A stretch of 64,000 nt of DNA from Chromatiales bacterium (GTDB taxonomy: Bacteria > Pseudomonadota > Gammaproteobacteria > SZUA-152): NCBI GenBank assembly GCA_026982555.1, contig JALSGT010000062.1:2610-66609 (forward strand). The letters are read 5' to 3'. The notes under the pieces were generated by a model, which saw only the letters and a list, made by a program, of their open reading frames with translations, had not been told where the DNA came from and made no database searches. Numbering within the stretch: position 1 is the stretch's first letter; each line of letters opens with the position of its first letter. A program made the translations under genes and the position numbers. Positions 1 to 9,694 of the stretch are shown here, piece by piece.

Positions 1-1
1 A

Positions 2-1012
2 GTGGAACTGGCCGTTTCCAATCAGGCCAAAATTATCAATATTGATGGTTTGCACGAAATCGAGTGGATTGCGGATCTGGCGAAGCAGTATGGTCATCGC
101 CAGCGGGTCGGTGTGCGGGTAGTGACATCGGTGGGGTGGTCAGCGCAGTTTGGCCTGGGCATCGACAATGGTGATGCGTTGAAGGCATTTCAGCAATTAT
201 GTCAGCACGAACAGCTTGAACCTTGTGGCATACATGTACATCTGGGTACCGGGATTCGCGATATAGAAATCTACCTGACGGCGATAAAAGAAGTATTGGA
301 ATTTGCCCGTGTGCTGAAACGTGACCTTGATATTGATATTCGCTATTTTGATTTTGGCGGCGGTTTTGGTGTGCCCACTGTCCGGGAATTTTCCGGCGTG
401 GATATGATGATGCGAAACAATGACATGCCGGTGCGGCCCTTGGACACAGAGGCCTGCCCCAATATCTCGGAGTACGGGAAAGCCATTTCCCGGTTGATGA
501 GTCAGTATTATTCTTTGACTGACCCTGATGCGCCCACCCTGATATTTGAACCGGGACGCGCCATTACCAGCAGTGCGCAGATTTTGTTGCTGGAAGTACT
601 GGCCACCAAAGCTGGCGCTAATAACGTCACCAATATTATCGCCAATGGCGGAAAAAATATCGCTATGCCAACGGGCTACGAATATCACGAGTTGTTTGTG
701 GCCTCAAAAATGAGTGCGCCGCGTAGTGGACGTTGCAGTGTATTTGGCCCCCTGTGTCATCCCGGCGATATACTTTTCAAGCTAAAAGAACTGCCTGCCG
801 TTAACGCGGGCGATATTTTGGCGATCATGGATGCCGGCGCTTATTTTGTGCCGAACCAGATGAATTTTTCCAATCCGCGACCCTCGGCGGTCATGTTGCA
901 GGGAGGCAAGGCGGAGTTGATTCGTGAGCGGGAAAGTTTCGAGGACATCATTTCCCTGGATCAGTTACAAACTGAAGCCAGTCAGGGTGATTCTGCGGTG
1001 GTCAATCAATGA
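2..1012 (+). CDS. PLP-dependent decarboxylase, Orn/DAP/Arg decarboxylase fold (exosortase A system-associated type); 5' end truncated by the window edge
   Basis: The ORF is open to the window edge. It carries fold-type III decarboxylase motifs HVHLGT, FDFGGGFGV, EPGRA and GPLCHPGD. It sits immediately upstream of the XrtA-associated GT and xrtA, as in canonical XrtA loci (recalled from memory). Confidence 0.8.
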   Translation: MELAVSNQAKIINIDGLHEIEWIADLAKQYGHRQRVGVRVVTSVGWSAQFGLGIDNGDALKAFQQLCQHEQLEPCGIHVHLGTGIRDIEIYLTAIKEVLEFARVLKRDLDIDIRYFDFGGGFGVPTVREFSGVDMMMRNNDMPVRPLDTEACPNISEYGKAISRLMSQYYSLTDPDAPTLIFEPGRAITSSAQILLLEVLATKAGANNVTNIIANGGKNIAMPTGYEYHELFVASKMSAPRSGRCSVFGPLCHPGDILFKLKELPAVNAGDILAIMDAGAYFVPNQMNFSNPRPSAVMLQGGKAELIRERESFEDIISLDQLQTEASQGDSAVVNQ

Positions 1013-1030
1013 TTTGCAGGGCTGACTGAC

Positions 1031-2263
1031 GTGGAAGACCTGTTATTTCTCACTCATCGCATTCCTTATCCTCCCAACAAGGGTGATAAGATTCGTTCAT
1101 TTAATCTGCTCAAACAGCTGGTCAAAGATTATCGGGTACATCTTGGCACATTTATTGATGACCCTGTTGACTGGCAATATGTTGCCGAACTGGACAAACT
1201 TTGCGGGGAGACCTGTTATGAGGGGCTGAATCCGCTTTTTGCCAAATTGCGCAGTACCCGGGGTTTTCTCACGGGCGAGGCGTTGACGGTGCCTTACTAT
1301 CAGAATGCACGCATGCGCAACTGGGTGGATGCGACCCTGCGTGAGCATGCCATAAAAAGGGTGCTGGTTTTTTCTTCGGCGATGTGTCAGTACCTGTTAC
1401 AGGACAGTACCAGTCATATTCGCCGTGTGGTCGATTTTGTCGATATTGATTCCGATAAATGGCAGCAATACAGCGAGTCGTTAAAATGGCCCATGAGCTG
1501 GTTGTACAAACGTGAAAGCAAAACCCTGCTGACATTTGAGCGCCGTGTGGCCCGACAGTTTGATGCCTCAATTTTTGTATCGCAGACTGAATCGGACATG
1601 TTCAAAAAACTGGCACCGGAAAGCGCCTCCCGGGTGAGTTATATCGAAAACGGTGTTGATGCCGACTATTTTTCCCAAAATCAACGTCTGCAAAACCCCT
1701 ATGCACCGGGGGAGCGGGTATTGGTGTTTACAGGGGCAATGGATTATTGGGCCAATGCCGATGCGGTTGTGTGGTTTGCGCAAACGGTGTTCCCAAAGAT
1801 TCTTCAACGGGTGCCTGATGCACGGTTTTATATTGTCGGGGGACGCCCTGGCGAGGGGGTCAAAAAACTGGGTGCGGGGGCCGGTGTTCATGTGACAGGC
1901 TCTGTCAAAGATATTCGCCCTTATCTGGCTCACGCACAGGCTGCCGTTGCCCCGTTAAGAATTGCACGAGGTGTGCAAAACAAGGTGCTGGAGGCAATGG
2001 CCATGGAAAAACCCGTGCTGGCAACCTCGGCGGCACTGGATGGTATTGTGGGCTGTCCGGCACTGGAAACGCTGAGAGCGGATGAGCCGGAAGAGATGGT
2101 AAACAAGGCTGTTGACTTATTGACGACAGACCGTGGTGAGGCATTGGGTAAAGCGGGCCGTTCCTGTATTACTGAACATTACGACTGGACTCGCAACCTC
2201 AGTCGAATAGAACAGTTGTTGGAAAATACCGGCGACAGCAGTACAGGGGCGGAAAACCGATGA
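1031..2263 (+). CDS. GT-B glycosyltransferase, PEP-CTERM/exosortase-associated type
   Basis: GTG start. The N-terminus LFLTHRIPYPPNKGDKIR is typical of the XrtA-associated sugar transferase family. It has the GT-B C-terminal motif RGVQNKVLEAMAMEKPVLAT. Its stop overlaps the xrtA start (ATGA). Confidence 0.8.
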   Translation: MEDLLFLTHRIPYPPNKGDKIRSFNLLKQLVKDYRVHLGTFIDDPVDWQYVAELDKLCGETCYEGLNPLFAKLRSTRGFLTGEALTVPYYQNARMRNWVDATLREHAIKRVLVFSSAMCQYLLQDSTSHIRRVVDFVDIDSDKWQQYSESLKWPMSWLYKRESKTLLTFERRVARQFDASIFVSQTESDMFKKLAPESASRVSYIENGVDADYFSQNQRLQNPYAPGERVLVFTGAMDYWANADAVVWFAQTVFPKILQRVPDARFYIVGGRPGEGVKKLGAGAGVHVTGSVKDIRPYLAHAQAAVAPLRIARGVQNKVLEAMAMEKPVLATSAALDGIVGCPALETLRADEPEEMVNKAVDLLTTDRGEALGKAGRSCITEHYDWTRNLSRIEQLLENTGDSSTGAENR

Positions 2264-3918
2264 GTGGTACGAATCCGCTAACACAGGAAACCACAAAAAA
2301 TGCTGGTGACGATGACGGTATCGTTTCGACAAAAATGCCTGTTGTGAGTGCGGACGCCCACCATAAAAATGACCACTGGCGAAATGCCCTGATCTCTTTT
2401 GGCGTGCTTTTGTTGGTGACGCTAATCCTGTATTGGGAGACCGCTGCCTCCATTGTGGCGATCTGGATACGCTCAGAAACCTATGCCCATGGATTTTTGA
2501 TATTGCCAATCAGCATTTATCTTGTGTGGCAACGCCGGAAACAGTTGCGCCAGATGGTGCCTGTACCAAACTTGATGGCATTGCCGGTATTGGCCGTTGC
2601 TCTCTTGTTATGGTTAGCGGCGTGGGTTGCAGAAGTTCAACTCATACAGCAACTGGTTTTTGTTGGCCTCATTCCCCTTTTGGTGGTGCTGCTGTTTGGC
2701 AATGCTGTGGCAAGGGCAATGATGTTTCCCCTTGGCTATTTGATTTTTGCAGTACCCTTTGGTGAATTTCTGGTTGCGCCATTACAGGATCAAACGGCAT
2801 GGTTCGCCGTGCAGGCGTTGATATTGAGCGGGATACCTGTCTATTGGGAAGGGCTTTACCTCACCATTCCCGGCGGGCATTTTGTGGTGGCCGAAGGCTG
2901 TAGCGGTATTCGTTATCTGATTGCCTCCATTGCGCTCAGCAGCATTTATGCCTACATGACTTATCGCAGTTACTGGAAACGTACCGGTTTTATTTTATTG
3001 GGTATCATTGTGCCTATCGTTGCCAATGGCATACGTGCCTACGGCATTGTGCTGATCGCTTATCTCAGCGATATGCGTATTGCCACCGGAGTGGATCATA
3101 TCCTCTACGGCTGGGTTTTTTTCGGCATCGTTATGTTGTTGCTCTTCTGGTTTGGGTCTTTCTGGCGTGAGGAACCCATTGATGATTCCAATGTTCTGAA
3201 AAAACCACAAACCGGCCCCGTTGTACCGTCATCAAATAATTATCGAATGATGATTGCTTCAGCTTTTGCCATTGTTTTTCTTGCAGGTGGTACTTACGCC
3301 AGCAGCTTGTTGAGCGATTCATCCGCTGGCACAGGGCAGGAGGTGCGTCTTGAACTGCCGGAATCATCGGGTGTATGGGCGGGACCAACTGCCAGTGACG
3401 ATACCTGGCAACCCAGTTATACCGGTGCAGACAAGACTATTTACCGGCAATATCAAAACCAGGCTGAAACGGTTTATTTTTATGTTGCCTACTACGGAAA
3501 CCAGGATAATGGCAAGGAACTGGTCGGCTCTCTTAACCGGGTGTATGACCAGGAACAGTGGCGTCGTGTGCAGGATAATAGTATCTCCGTCACCATGCTG
3601 TCTGGAAAAAGTGTTTCTGTCGCAGAAACGGATATTCGCTCTGCGGACAAACGTCGCATCGTCTGGCACTGGTACAACATTAATGGTGCGGTTACGGCCA
3701 GCCGCGTGAAGGCCAAAATGCTGGAATCATGGGAGCGCCTGAGAAATCACAAGGTTGATGCGATGTTAGTGGTGGTTGCAAGGGACTACACGATAGATCC
3801 GCAAGAAGCGCGTGATGATTTAAAGGATTTTCTTGCGAATGTAGGCGCTGATATTGTTGTGGTAAATGAGAATACTGACACTGCAAAAGTCAATATTGTT
3901 GCGCCGGATCAACAATGA
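2260..3918 (+). CDS. xrtA: Exosortase A with fused C-terminal EpsI-family domain
   Basis: Polytopic N-terminal half with exosortase active-site-like motifs EGCSGIRYL (Cys), ANGIRAYG (Arg) and DHILYGWVFFG (His). An extra TM segment (MIASAFAIVFLAGG) follows, then a soluble roughly 200-aa domain typical of EpsI. Starts and stops overlap on both sides, suggesting translational coupling. Confidence 0.85.
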   Translation: MSGTNPLTQETTKNAGDDDGIVSTKMPVVSADAHHKNDHWRNALISFGVLLLVTLILYWETAASIVAIWIRSETYAHGFLILPISIYLVWQRRKQLRQMVPVPNLMALPVLAVALLLWLAAWVAEVQLIQQLVFVGLIPLLVVLLFGNAVARAMMFPLGYLIFAVPFGEFLVAPLQDQTAWFAVQALILSGIPVYWEGLYLTIPGGHFVVAEGCSGIRYLIASIALSSIYAYMTYRSYWKRTGFILLGIIVPIVANGIRAYGIVLIAYLSDMRIATGVDHILYGWVFFGIVMLLLFWFGSFWREEPIDDSNVLKKPQTGPVVPSSNNYRMMIASAFAIVFLAGGTYASSLLSDSSAGTGQEVRLELPESSGVWAGPTASDDTWQPSYTGADKTIYRQYQNQAETVYFYVAYYGNQDNGKELVGSLNRVYDQEQWRRVQDNSISVTMLSGKSVSVAETDIRSADKRRIVWHWYNINGAVTASRVKAKMLESWERLRNHKVDAMLVVVARDYTIDPQEARDDLKDFLANVGADIVVVNENTDTAKVNIVAPDQQ

Positions 3919-5123
3919 CAAAATCGCGTTCCGTCAACATTGGAGAAACCGGCGAAGACATGAAGGCTCAGCATACTTCGGCTGTACGAACTCCTCTTGT
4001 TGCGCATATTATTTTTCGCCTGGATGTGGGAGGGTTGGAAAACGGTCTTGTCAACCTGATCAACCGGACACCCCCTGGGCGTTATCGGCATGCCGTGATC
4101 TGCCTGACCGAATATACCGATTTTAAACAGCGTATTCTGAGTGACGATGTGCCGTTTTTTGCGCTGCACAAGCGTGAAGGTATCGATTACAAAATGTACC
4201 TTGATTTATGGAAATTACTGCGTAAATTGCGTCCCGATATTGTTCATACCCGAAATCTGGCAGCGATGGAAGGACTGGCCCCCGCGTTGTTGGCGGGTGT
4301 ACGCTGCCGTGTTCATGGAGAACACGGCCGGGAAATGGACCTCAATAGCAGTGAGTGGAAATACGCATTGTTACGGCGACTTTTTCGTCCGCTGGTACAC
4401 AAATACATTCCGCTTTCCCAGGATCTTGAAACCTGGTTGCGTGATAGCATTGGAGTGCCGGACAAAAAAATGGCGCAGATATACAATGGCGTTTCGTTGG
4501 ACACATTTTCTCCTGCTGTGCCTGCGCGCGAAAACCTTCCTCTGGAAAATTTTGCTGCGGCTGATTGTCTGGTCATCGGTACGGTCGGTCGGTTGGCGGC
4601 TATCAAGGATCAGGCTAACCTGGCCCGGGCTTTTGTGAAACTACTTGATGTTGTACCCGACGGACGAAAAAAATTGCGTCTGGTTATTATTGGAGATGGT
4701 CCCTTGAAGGCGGAAGTGTTGGATATTCTGGAAAAAGCCAATGCTGCCGATCTGGCCTGGTTGCCGGGTTCTCTGGATAATGTCCCCCAGCTCATGCGGT
4801 GTTTCGATGTGTTTGTTCTGCCGTCGAAATCAGAAGGTATTTCCAATACGATTCTGGAGGCCATGGCCACTGGACTTCCGGTGGTGGCGACCCGTGTTGG
4901 CGGGAATCCCGAGCTGGTGGAAGAAGGGATAACAGGGGAACTGGTTCCGGCGGAAAACCCGGCTGCGTTGGCAATGGCACTACAGAGCTACATCGATGAT
5001 AAAACCAAACAACAAAAGCAAGGACGCGCAGGACGGGCGCGTGTGGAACAACAGTTTTCTATCGAAAACATGGTGAACGAATATCTCACTGTCTATAGTG
5101 ATCTGCTGGCCGTAAAACATTGA
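3915..5123 (+). CDS. Group 1 (GT4-like) glycosyltransferase, PEP-CTERM/exosortase-associated type
   Basis: Motifs HIIFRLDVGGLENGL and PSKSEGISNTILEAMATGLPVVATRVGGNPELV (the E-x7-E region). The start may be internal (MKAQH...). Confidence 0.8.
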   Translation: MTKSRSVNIGETGEDMKAQHTSAVRTPLVAHIIFRLDVGGLENGLVNLINRTPPGRYRHAVICLTEYTDFKQRILSDDVPFFALHKREGIDYKMYLDLWKLLRKLRPDIVHTRNLAAMEGLAPALLAGVRCRVHGEHGREMDLNSSEWKYALLRRLFRPLVHKYIPLSQDLETWLRDSIGVPDKKMAQIYNGVSLDTFSPAVPARENLPLENFAAADCLVIGTVGRLAAIKDQANLARAFVKLLDVVPDGRKKLRLVIIGDGPLKAEVLDILEKANAADLAWLPGSLDNVPQLMRCFDVFVLPSKSEGISNTILEAMATGLPVVATRVGGNPELVEEGITGELVPAENPAALAMALQSYIDDKTKQQKQGRAGRARVEQQFSIENMVNEYLTVYSDLLAVKH

Positions 5124-5160
5124 ATACCGCTATTTAATATAATCGTAATCACTCAGCTTG

Positions 5161-5288
5161 GCTTTTAGAAGTGTGTAACATTATCAAACCAAGTGTTGTA
5201 AACGCAAAGGGCGCAGAGACGCAAAGAGCGCAAAGAAAAACAGCATATATTTTGCGTTCTTTGCGCCTTCGCGAACTTTGCGTTAAAT
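5161..5288. repeat. REP-like imperfect palindrome built from iterated CGCA(A/G)AG units (family 2, copy 1)
   Basis: The sequence gttgtaaacgcaaagggcgcagagacgcaaagagcgcaaag ... tttgcgttctttgcgccttcgcgaactttgcg lies directly after the stop of the 3915..5123 gene. It is homologous, in inverted orientation, to 33181..33290. Confidence 0.6.
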
Positions 5289-5384
5289 ACCCGGTGATGT
5301 TTAACGGTAGTGTGTTTTTGGCGTTTAATTCACATATTTAAAATAATTTTATTGAAAGTAATAAAGGGTTAACGGACAGTTATT

Positions 5385-7283
5385 GTGTGTGGACTAACAG
5401 GCATTTTTGATACGCGTTCAAAGCGCGAAGTGGACCGGGATTTACTGGTGCGTATGAATGAATCACTGTTTCATCGCGGGCCGGATGAAGGTGGTATTCA
5501 TACTGCGCCGGGTTTAGGCATGGGGCATCGTCGCCTGTCCATTATTGATCGTTCCGGGGGGCAGCAACCTCTGTTTAATGAAGATGGATCAGTGGTTGTG
5601 GTGTTCAACGGTGAAATTTACAATTTTGCCGAACTGGCAAAAGAGCTGCGCCAGAAAGGGCACACATTTCGCACACATTCCGATACCGAGGTGATTGTGC
5701 ATGCCTGGGAGGAATGGGGCGAAGCCTGTGTTGACCGTTTTCGCGGCATGTTTGTTTTTGCGATATGGGACAGTAAACGGGAACAATTGTTTATTGCGCG
5801 AGACCGGTTAGGTATCAAACCGCTGTATTATTCAATGCTGTCCAATGGACACTTCATTTTTGGCTCGGAATTGAAAGCGCTTTTACAGCACCCTGACCTT
5901 CCTCGCACTATCGAACCAACGGCGGTTGAAGATTATTTTGCTTACGGGTATGTACCCGAGCCTAAAACCATACTTTCCCACGCACATAAATTATCACCCG
6001 GATACACGTTGTCCATTACCCGGGATGGGCGTACGCCTGTTTGCAAGCAGTATTGGGATGTGCCTTTCACGCCATTGCCCAAACAGGAAGAAGCGGAATA
6101 CGCCAAAGAACTTGCTGATCGCATGACCGAAGCGGTGAAAATTCGCATGGTCGCCGAAGTGCCATTAGGGGCATTTCTTTCCGGTGGGCTGGATTCCAGC
6201 GCCGTGGTCGCGATGATGGCGGGTTTGTCCGATGATCCGGTCAACACCTGTTCAATTGCCTTTGCTGATCCGCGTTATGACGAATCTGGTTATGCTAATG
6301 AAGTCGCGAAACAATACAACACGCAACACACCGTCTGGCAGGTGGACAGCGATGATTTTGATCTGATTGATCGTTTGGCAATGTTGTACGATGAACCGTA
6401 CGCGGACAGTTCCGCTATTCCCACTTATCGGGTGTGTGAGCTGGCCAGGAAAAAGGTCACAGTGGCACTTTCCGGTGATGGCGGTGATGAAATTCTGGCG
6501 GGGTATCGACGTTATCAATGGTTTATGCGCGAGCAGAATCTCCGTGACGTATTCCCTCAGGGTTTTCGCAGTCTGGTGTTTGGCGGTTTGGGGAAGGTGT
6601 ACCCCAAGGCGCTGTGGGCTCCCCGGGTTTTTCGTGCCAAAGCGTTATTTCAGTCGCTGGCAAAAACGCCCGTCGAAAGCTATTTCGATATTTCCTGTGT
6701 GCTGAAGGACTCCCTGCGTCAGCAGCTTTTTTCACCCTCATTCCGATCAGAGCTTCAAGGTTATCATGCGCTCGAGGTGTTAAAAGGGCATGACAAAAAT
6801 TCACCGGCGGAGCACCCTTTATCAAAGATGCAATATCTGGATATGAAGACCTATCTTCCCGGTGATATCCTGACCAAGGTGGATCGTGTCAGCATGGCGC
6901 ATGCCCTGGAAGTGCGGGTGCCGTTACTGGACCACAAGGTGGTGGAGTGGGCATCGGGTTTGTCACCGGATCTGAAGCTGCGGGGTAACGACGGAAAATA
7001 TCTGTTCAAAAAAGCCATGGCACCGCACTTGTCACAGGATCTCATGTATCGGAAAAAACAGGGGTTTGCGGTACCTGTTGCACAATGGTTCCGTGGTCCG
7101 CTGCGTGAACGGGTACGGGAATCTGTGTTGAGTGATTGTCTGCTGGATACCGGTATATTTGACCGTCGTTTTCTGACCCGTTTAATTGATGATCATCAAT
7201 CGGGTTTGCAGGATCACAGTGCGGCCTTGTGGTCGTTGTTTATGTACGAGTCATTTCAGCGTCAGGTTTTGGGCGGAAAATGA
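5385..7283 (+). CDS. Asparagine synthase (glutamine-hydrolysing) family amidotransferase, exosortase A-associated type
   Basis: GTG start followed directly by Cys (MCGLTGIF), as required for an Ntn glutaminase. PP-loop FLSGGLDSSAV. Length 632 aa. Confidence 0.9.
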   Translation: MCGLTGIFDTRSKREVDRDLLVRMNESLFHRGPDEGGIHTAPGLGMGHRRLSIIDRSGGQQPLFNEDGSVVVVFNGEIYNFAELAKELRQKGHTFRTHSDTEVIVHAWEEWGEACVDRFRGMFVFAIWDSKREQLFIARDRLGIKPLYYSMLSNGHFIFGSELKALLQHPDLPRTIEPTAVEDYFAYGYVPEPKTILSHAHKLSPGYTLSITRDGRTPVCKQYWDVPFTPLPKQEEAEYAKELADRMTEAVKIRMVAEVPLGAFLSGGLDSSAVVAMMAGLSDDPVNTCSIAFADPRYDESGYANEVAKQYNTQHTVWQVDSDDFDLIDRLAMLYDEPYADSSAIPTYRVCELARKKVTVALSGDGGDEILAGYRRYQWFMREQNLRDVFPQGFRSLVFGGLGKVYPKALWAPRVFRAKALFQSLAKTPVESYFDISCVLKDSLRQQLFSPSFRSELQGYHALEVLKGHDKNSPAEHPLSKMQYLDMKTYLPGDILTKVDRVSMAHALEVRVPLLDHKVVEWASGLSPDLKLRGNDGKYLFKKAMAPHLSQDLMYRKKQGFAVPVAQWFRGPLRERVRESVLSDCLLDTGIFDRRFLTRLIDDHQSGLQDHSAALWSLFMYESFQRQVLGGK

Positions 7284-7377
7284 AAAACTGCCAGTACGAT
7301 CAGTTGAACCTGAATATTGCGCCATTCCACGGTAGAATAATCCGGGTGGTATTTTCAGAATATTATAGTGGTCATGA

Positions 7378-8658
7378 ATGAAACCAACGGCAATTAGTTT
7401 ATTTTGTGGTGCAGGTGGGTGTTCTCTTGGGTTCAAACAAGCGGGCTATTCCATTTTGTATGCAAATGATAAAGATGTTGCCGCAGTTGAGACTTATAAA
7501 AAAAATTTTCCTGGAACCTTATGTAGCCATGAAGATATTAATAATCTGGATTTCAAGGAAGTGATGACTGCTGTCGGTTTACAGTCTGGAGAACTTGACA
7601 TTCTTATTGGTGGCCCACCTTGCCAGGGGTTTTCAACAGCTGGAGCCCGTTTTTGGGATGACCCAAGAAATCACCTGCTTAAAAGCTATGTGCGGGCACT
7701 CAAAATAATAAACCCAAAATGGTTTATAATGGAAAACGTTGAAGGATTGCTAACTTCAAATAATGGAAAATATGTGTTTGAAGCTGCCAGTGCGTTTACT
7801 GAACTTGGATATGCTATCCGAATTGAAAAAATATATTCTCAAGAATATGGCGTTCCTCAAAGACGAAAACGAGTGCTGATTGTTGGTAATCAACTTGGTC
7901 ATGATTTTAAAGTGCCTGAACCAACCTTAAAAGTGTCTGGCCAGATTTTCAGAAATTCTGATGTTACGATCAGTCATGCCATAAGCAGTCTTCCTTCTGC
8001 AACAAGTAATAAGTTTCATGTTTTAAAACCTTTGAATGTACCGCCAATTGATGATTTTGACTTATTGCTAAGAGGGGACTCAACAGAAATAACGGATCAT
8101 TATTTTTCGGAAGTCAAAGGTATTCAGCTGGAAAGAATCGCAGCCTTAAAGCCGGGCCAGACAATGAAGGATTTACCTTTAAAGCTTCAGCATGAATCAT
8201 TCAAAAAAAGGGCTAACAGACGAGTAGCTGATGGCACGCCAACGGAAAAACGAGGTGGCGCACCTTCAGGCTTAAAGAAATTACATGCCAACGAACCGTG
8301 TTTAACGATAACGAGTGCAGCCACGCGGGAACTTATCCATCCTGTTGAAGATCGTCCTTTGACTATTCGAGAATCAGCGCGCATACAGACTTTCCCGGAT
8401 AGTTTCAGTTTTTGTGGCAATGCATCACAGAAAATACAGCAGGTGGGTAATGCAATTCCACCGCTATTGGCACGCATATTTGCCGAACACATCAAGGATG
8501 ATTACGGTTTTAATACCAAATCCACAGGCCCCGGAAAAATACTTGGGTTTTCGCTCACAAAAGCAGGTGCAATGAGCCCGGCCCTTAAACGAACAGAGCT
8601 GTTGTTAAGAAGGCTTTCAAGTAATAACAAGGACCAGCAGGGAAACCTGTTCGAATAA
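7378..8658 (+). CDS. dcm: DNA (cytosine-5)-methyltransferase
   Basis: All canonical m5C-MTase motifs are present: I LFCGAGG, IV GGPPCQGFS, VI ENVEGL, VIII QRRKRVLIVG, IX RESARIQTFPDSF, X GNAIPP. A roughly 150-aa variable target-recognition region lies between VIII and IX. Confidence 0.92.
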   Translation: MKPTAISLFCGAGGCSLGFKQAGYSILYANDKDVAAVETYKKNFPGTLCSHEDINNLDFKEVMTAVGLQSGELDILIGGPPCQGFSTAGARFWDDPRNHLLKSYVRALKIINPKWFIMENVEGLLTSNNGKYVFEAASAFTELGYAIRIEKIYSQEYGVPQRRKRVLIVGNQLGHDFKVPEPTLKVSGQIFRNSDVTISHAISSLPSATSNKFHVLKPLNVPPIDDFDLLLRGDSTEITDHYFSEVKGIQLERIAALKPGQTMKDLPLKLQHESFKKRANRRVADGTPTEKRGGAPSGLKKLHANEPCLTITSAATRELIHPVEDRPLTIRESARIQTFPDSFSFCGNASQKIQQVGNAIPPLLARIFAEHIKDDYGFNTKSTGPGKILGFSLTKAGAMSPALKRTELLLRRLSSNNKDQQGNLFE

Positions 8659-8662
8659 CAAT

Positions 8663-9694
8663 ATGTCTGGCACAGCTTTTATTAGAAATCTGTATTCAAA
8701 ATGTAAAATGCACGGCTCAGGTGGTGCTCAGGTGGTTCTGTCAGACAGTGAACTGTTATCTTTAATTTCAATCGCAATAAACGATTTGGGTTGGTCGTTT
8801 GAGGGCGCTGATATAAATGCCATTACATTACCTGATGATGCATACTATCGAATACCTTTAAGCTGGTTTGATGAGCAAAAATATAATGATATTACACCTG
8901 AGTTAATCCTTGATTCTTTAGCATTATGTTTTAATAAGGATAATGACTTTGGGTTGTTTATTGAAAACCTTTCAGCCTTGCACCGTCGTCGAATTAAATA
9001 CAGAAGAATTCTTTCTTTTCAACCAGTGCCTGATATGGACCAAATTGGCCCCAGAGTCCTTTTGGAATATGGAGAGTGTCATACTGCTCTTCTTGCTAAC
9101 TGGATGGTTTGGCGTAAATGGATTTATGATATAGACAATCGTTCTGCACAGGAAACAGGCTATTTATTTGAGCCAATTCTGGCGAGTTGTCTCGGCGGTG
9201 AGCCTGTTGGGGCAAGAAACTCTCCCGTTAAAAGACTTGACTCTGATGGTCAGCCGATAAATAAAGGTCGGCAAATTGATTGTTTCGTTCCAGCCAGCAA
9301 TCGCACCTATGAACTTAAGCTGCGCGTTACCATTGCGGCTAGCGGACAAGGTAGATTCAGCGAAGAACTTTCATTTCCTGTTGAAAGTCAGGCGGCAGGG
9401 TTTATACCTGTATTATTAGTTTTAGATCCAACGCCATCGGACAGGTTGACTGAGCTGTCAAATAAATTTATGCAATGCGGTGGTGCATTCTATCATGGTG
9501 AAGAAGCATGGAACCATATCGAGGAAGAAGCAGGGGATGTGATTTCTGTTTTCATAGAAAATTATATTAAACCGGTAATACAAAGCATAGAAGACATTGA
9601 AATACCATTGCCGCAATCGATTAATCTACGCTGGTCAGAAAAAACCATCGAGATTTCAAATGAAGAACATAATTATATAATTGCTCGGGCATAA
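8663..9694 (+). CDS. Putative type II restriction endonuclease, PD-(D/E)XK-like; specificity unknown
   Basis: Starts 4 nt after the dcm stop and shares the same AT-rich composition. Candidate catalytic signature ...YLFEPIL... RQIDCFVPASNRTYELKLRV (E ... D-x12-E-L-K). I recognised no other family. Confidence 0.6.
   Translation: MSGTAFIRNLYSKCKMHGSGGAQVVLSDSELLSLISIAINDLGWSFEGADINAITLPDDAYYRIPLSWFDEQKYNDITPELILDSLALCFNKDNDFGLFIENLSALHRRRIKYRRILSFQPVPDMDQIGPRVLLEYGECHTALLANWMVWRKWIYDIDNRSAQETGYLFEPILASCLGGEPVGARNSPVKRLDSDGQPINKGRQIDCFVPASNRTYELKLRVTIAASGQGRFSEELSFPVESQAAGFIPVLLVLDPTPSDRLTELSNKFMQCGGAFYHGEEAWNHIEEEAGDVISVFIENYIKPVIQSIEDIEIPLPQSINLRWSEKTIEISNEEHNYIIARA

Noticed and set aside
197-688. 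Long antisense or alternative-frame ORFs inside strong coding regions. Examples: 197..688(-), 13846..14355(-), 30680..31321(+), 32324..33001(+), 36612..37367(+), 45924..46583(-), 20467..21066(-), 38600..39091(-).
   Set aside because: Each lies wholly inside a longer ORF that has clear family motifs. Their translations are low-complexity or Arg/Cys/His-rich with no recognisable motifs. They are typical shadow ORFs.
7304-7323. Possible MITE-type TIRs flanking the R-M cassette: left ttgaaCCTGAATATTGCGCC, right cgggatttag near 9735.
   Set aside because: Only the first 12 or so nt on the left resemble the TIR, the right-hand match is 8/10 over a very short span, and there is no matching 5-bp duplication. 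I mention it only as a weak hint under the R-M finding.
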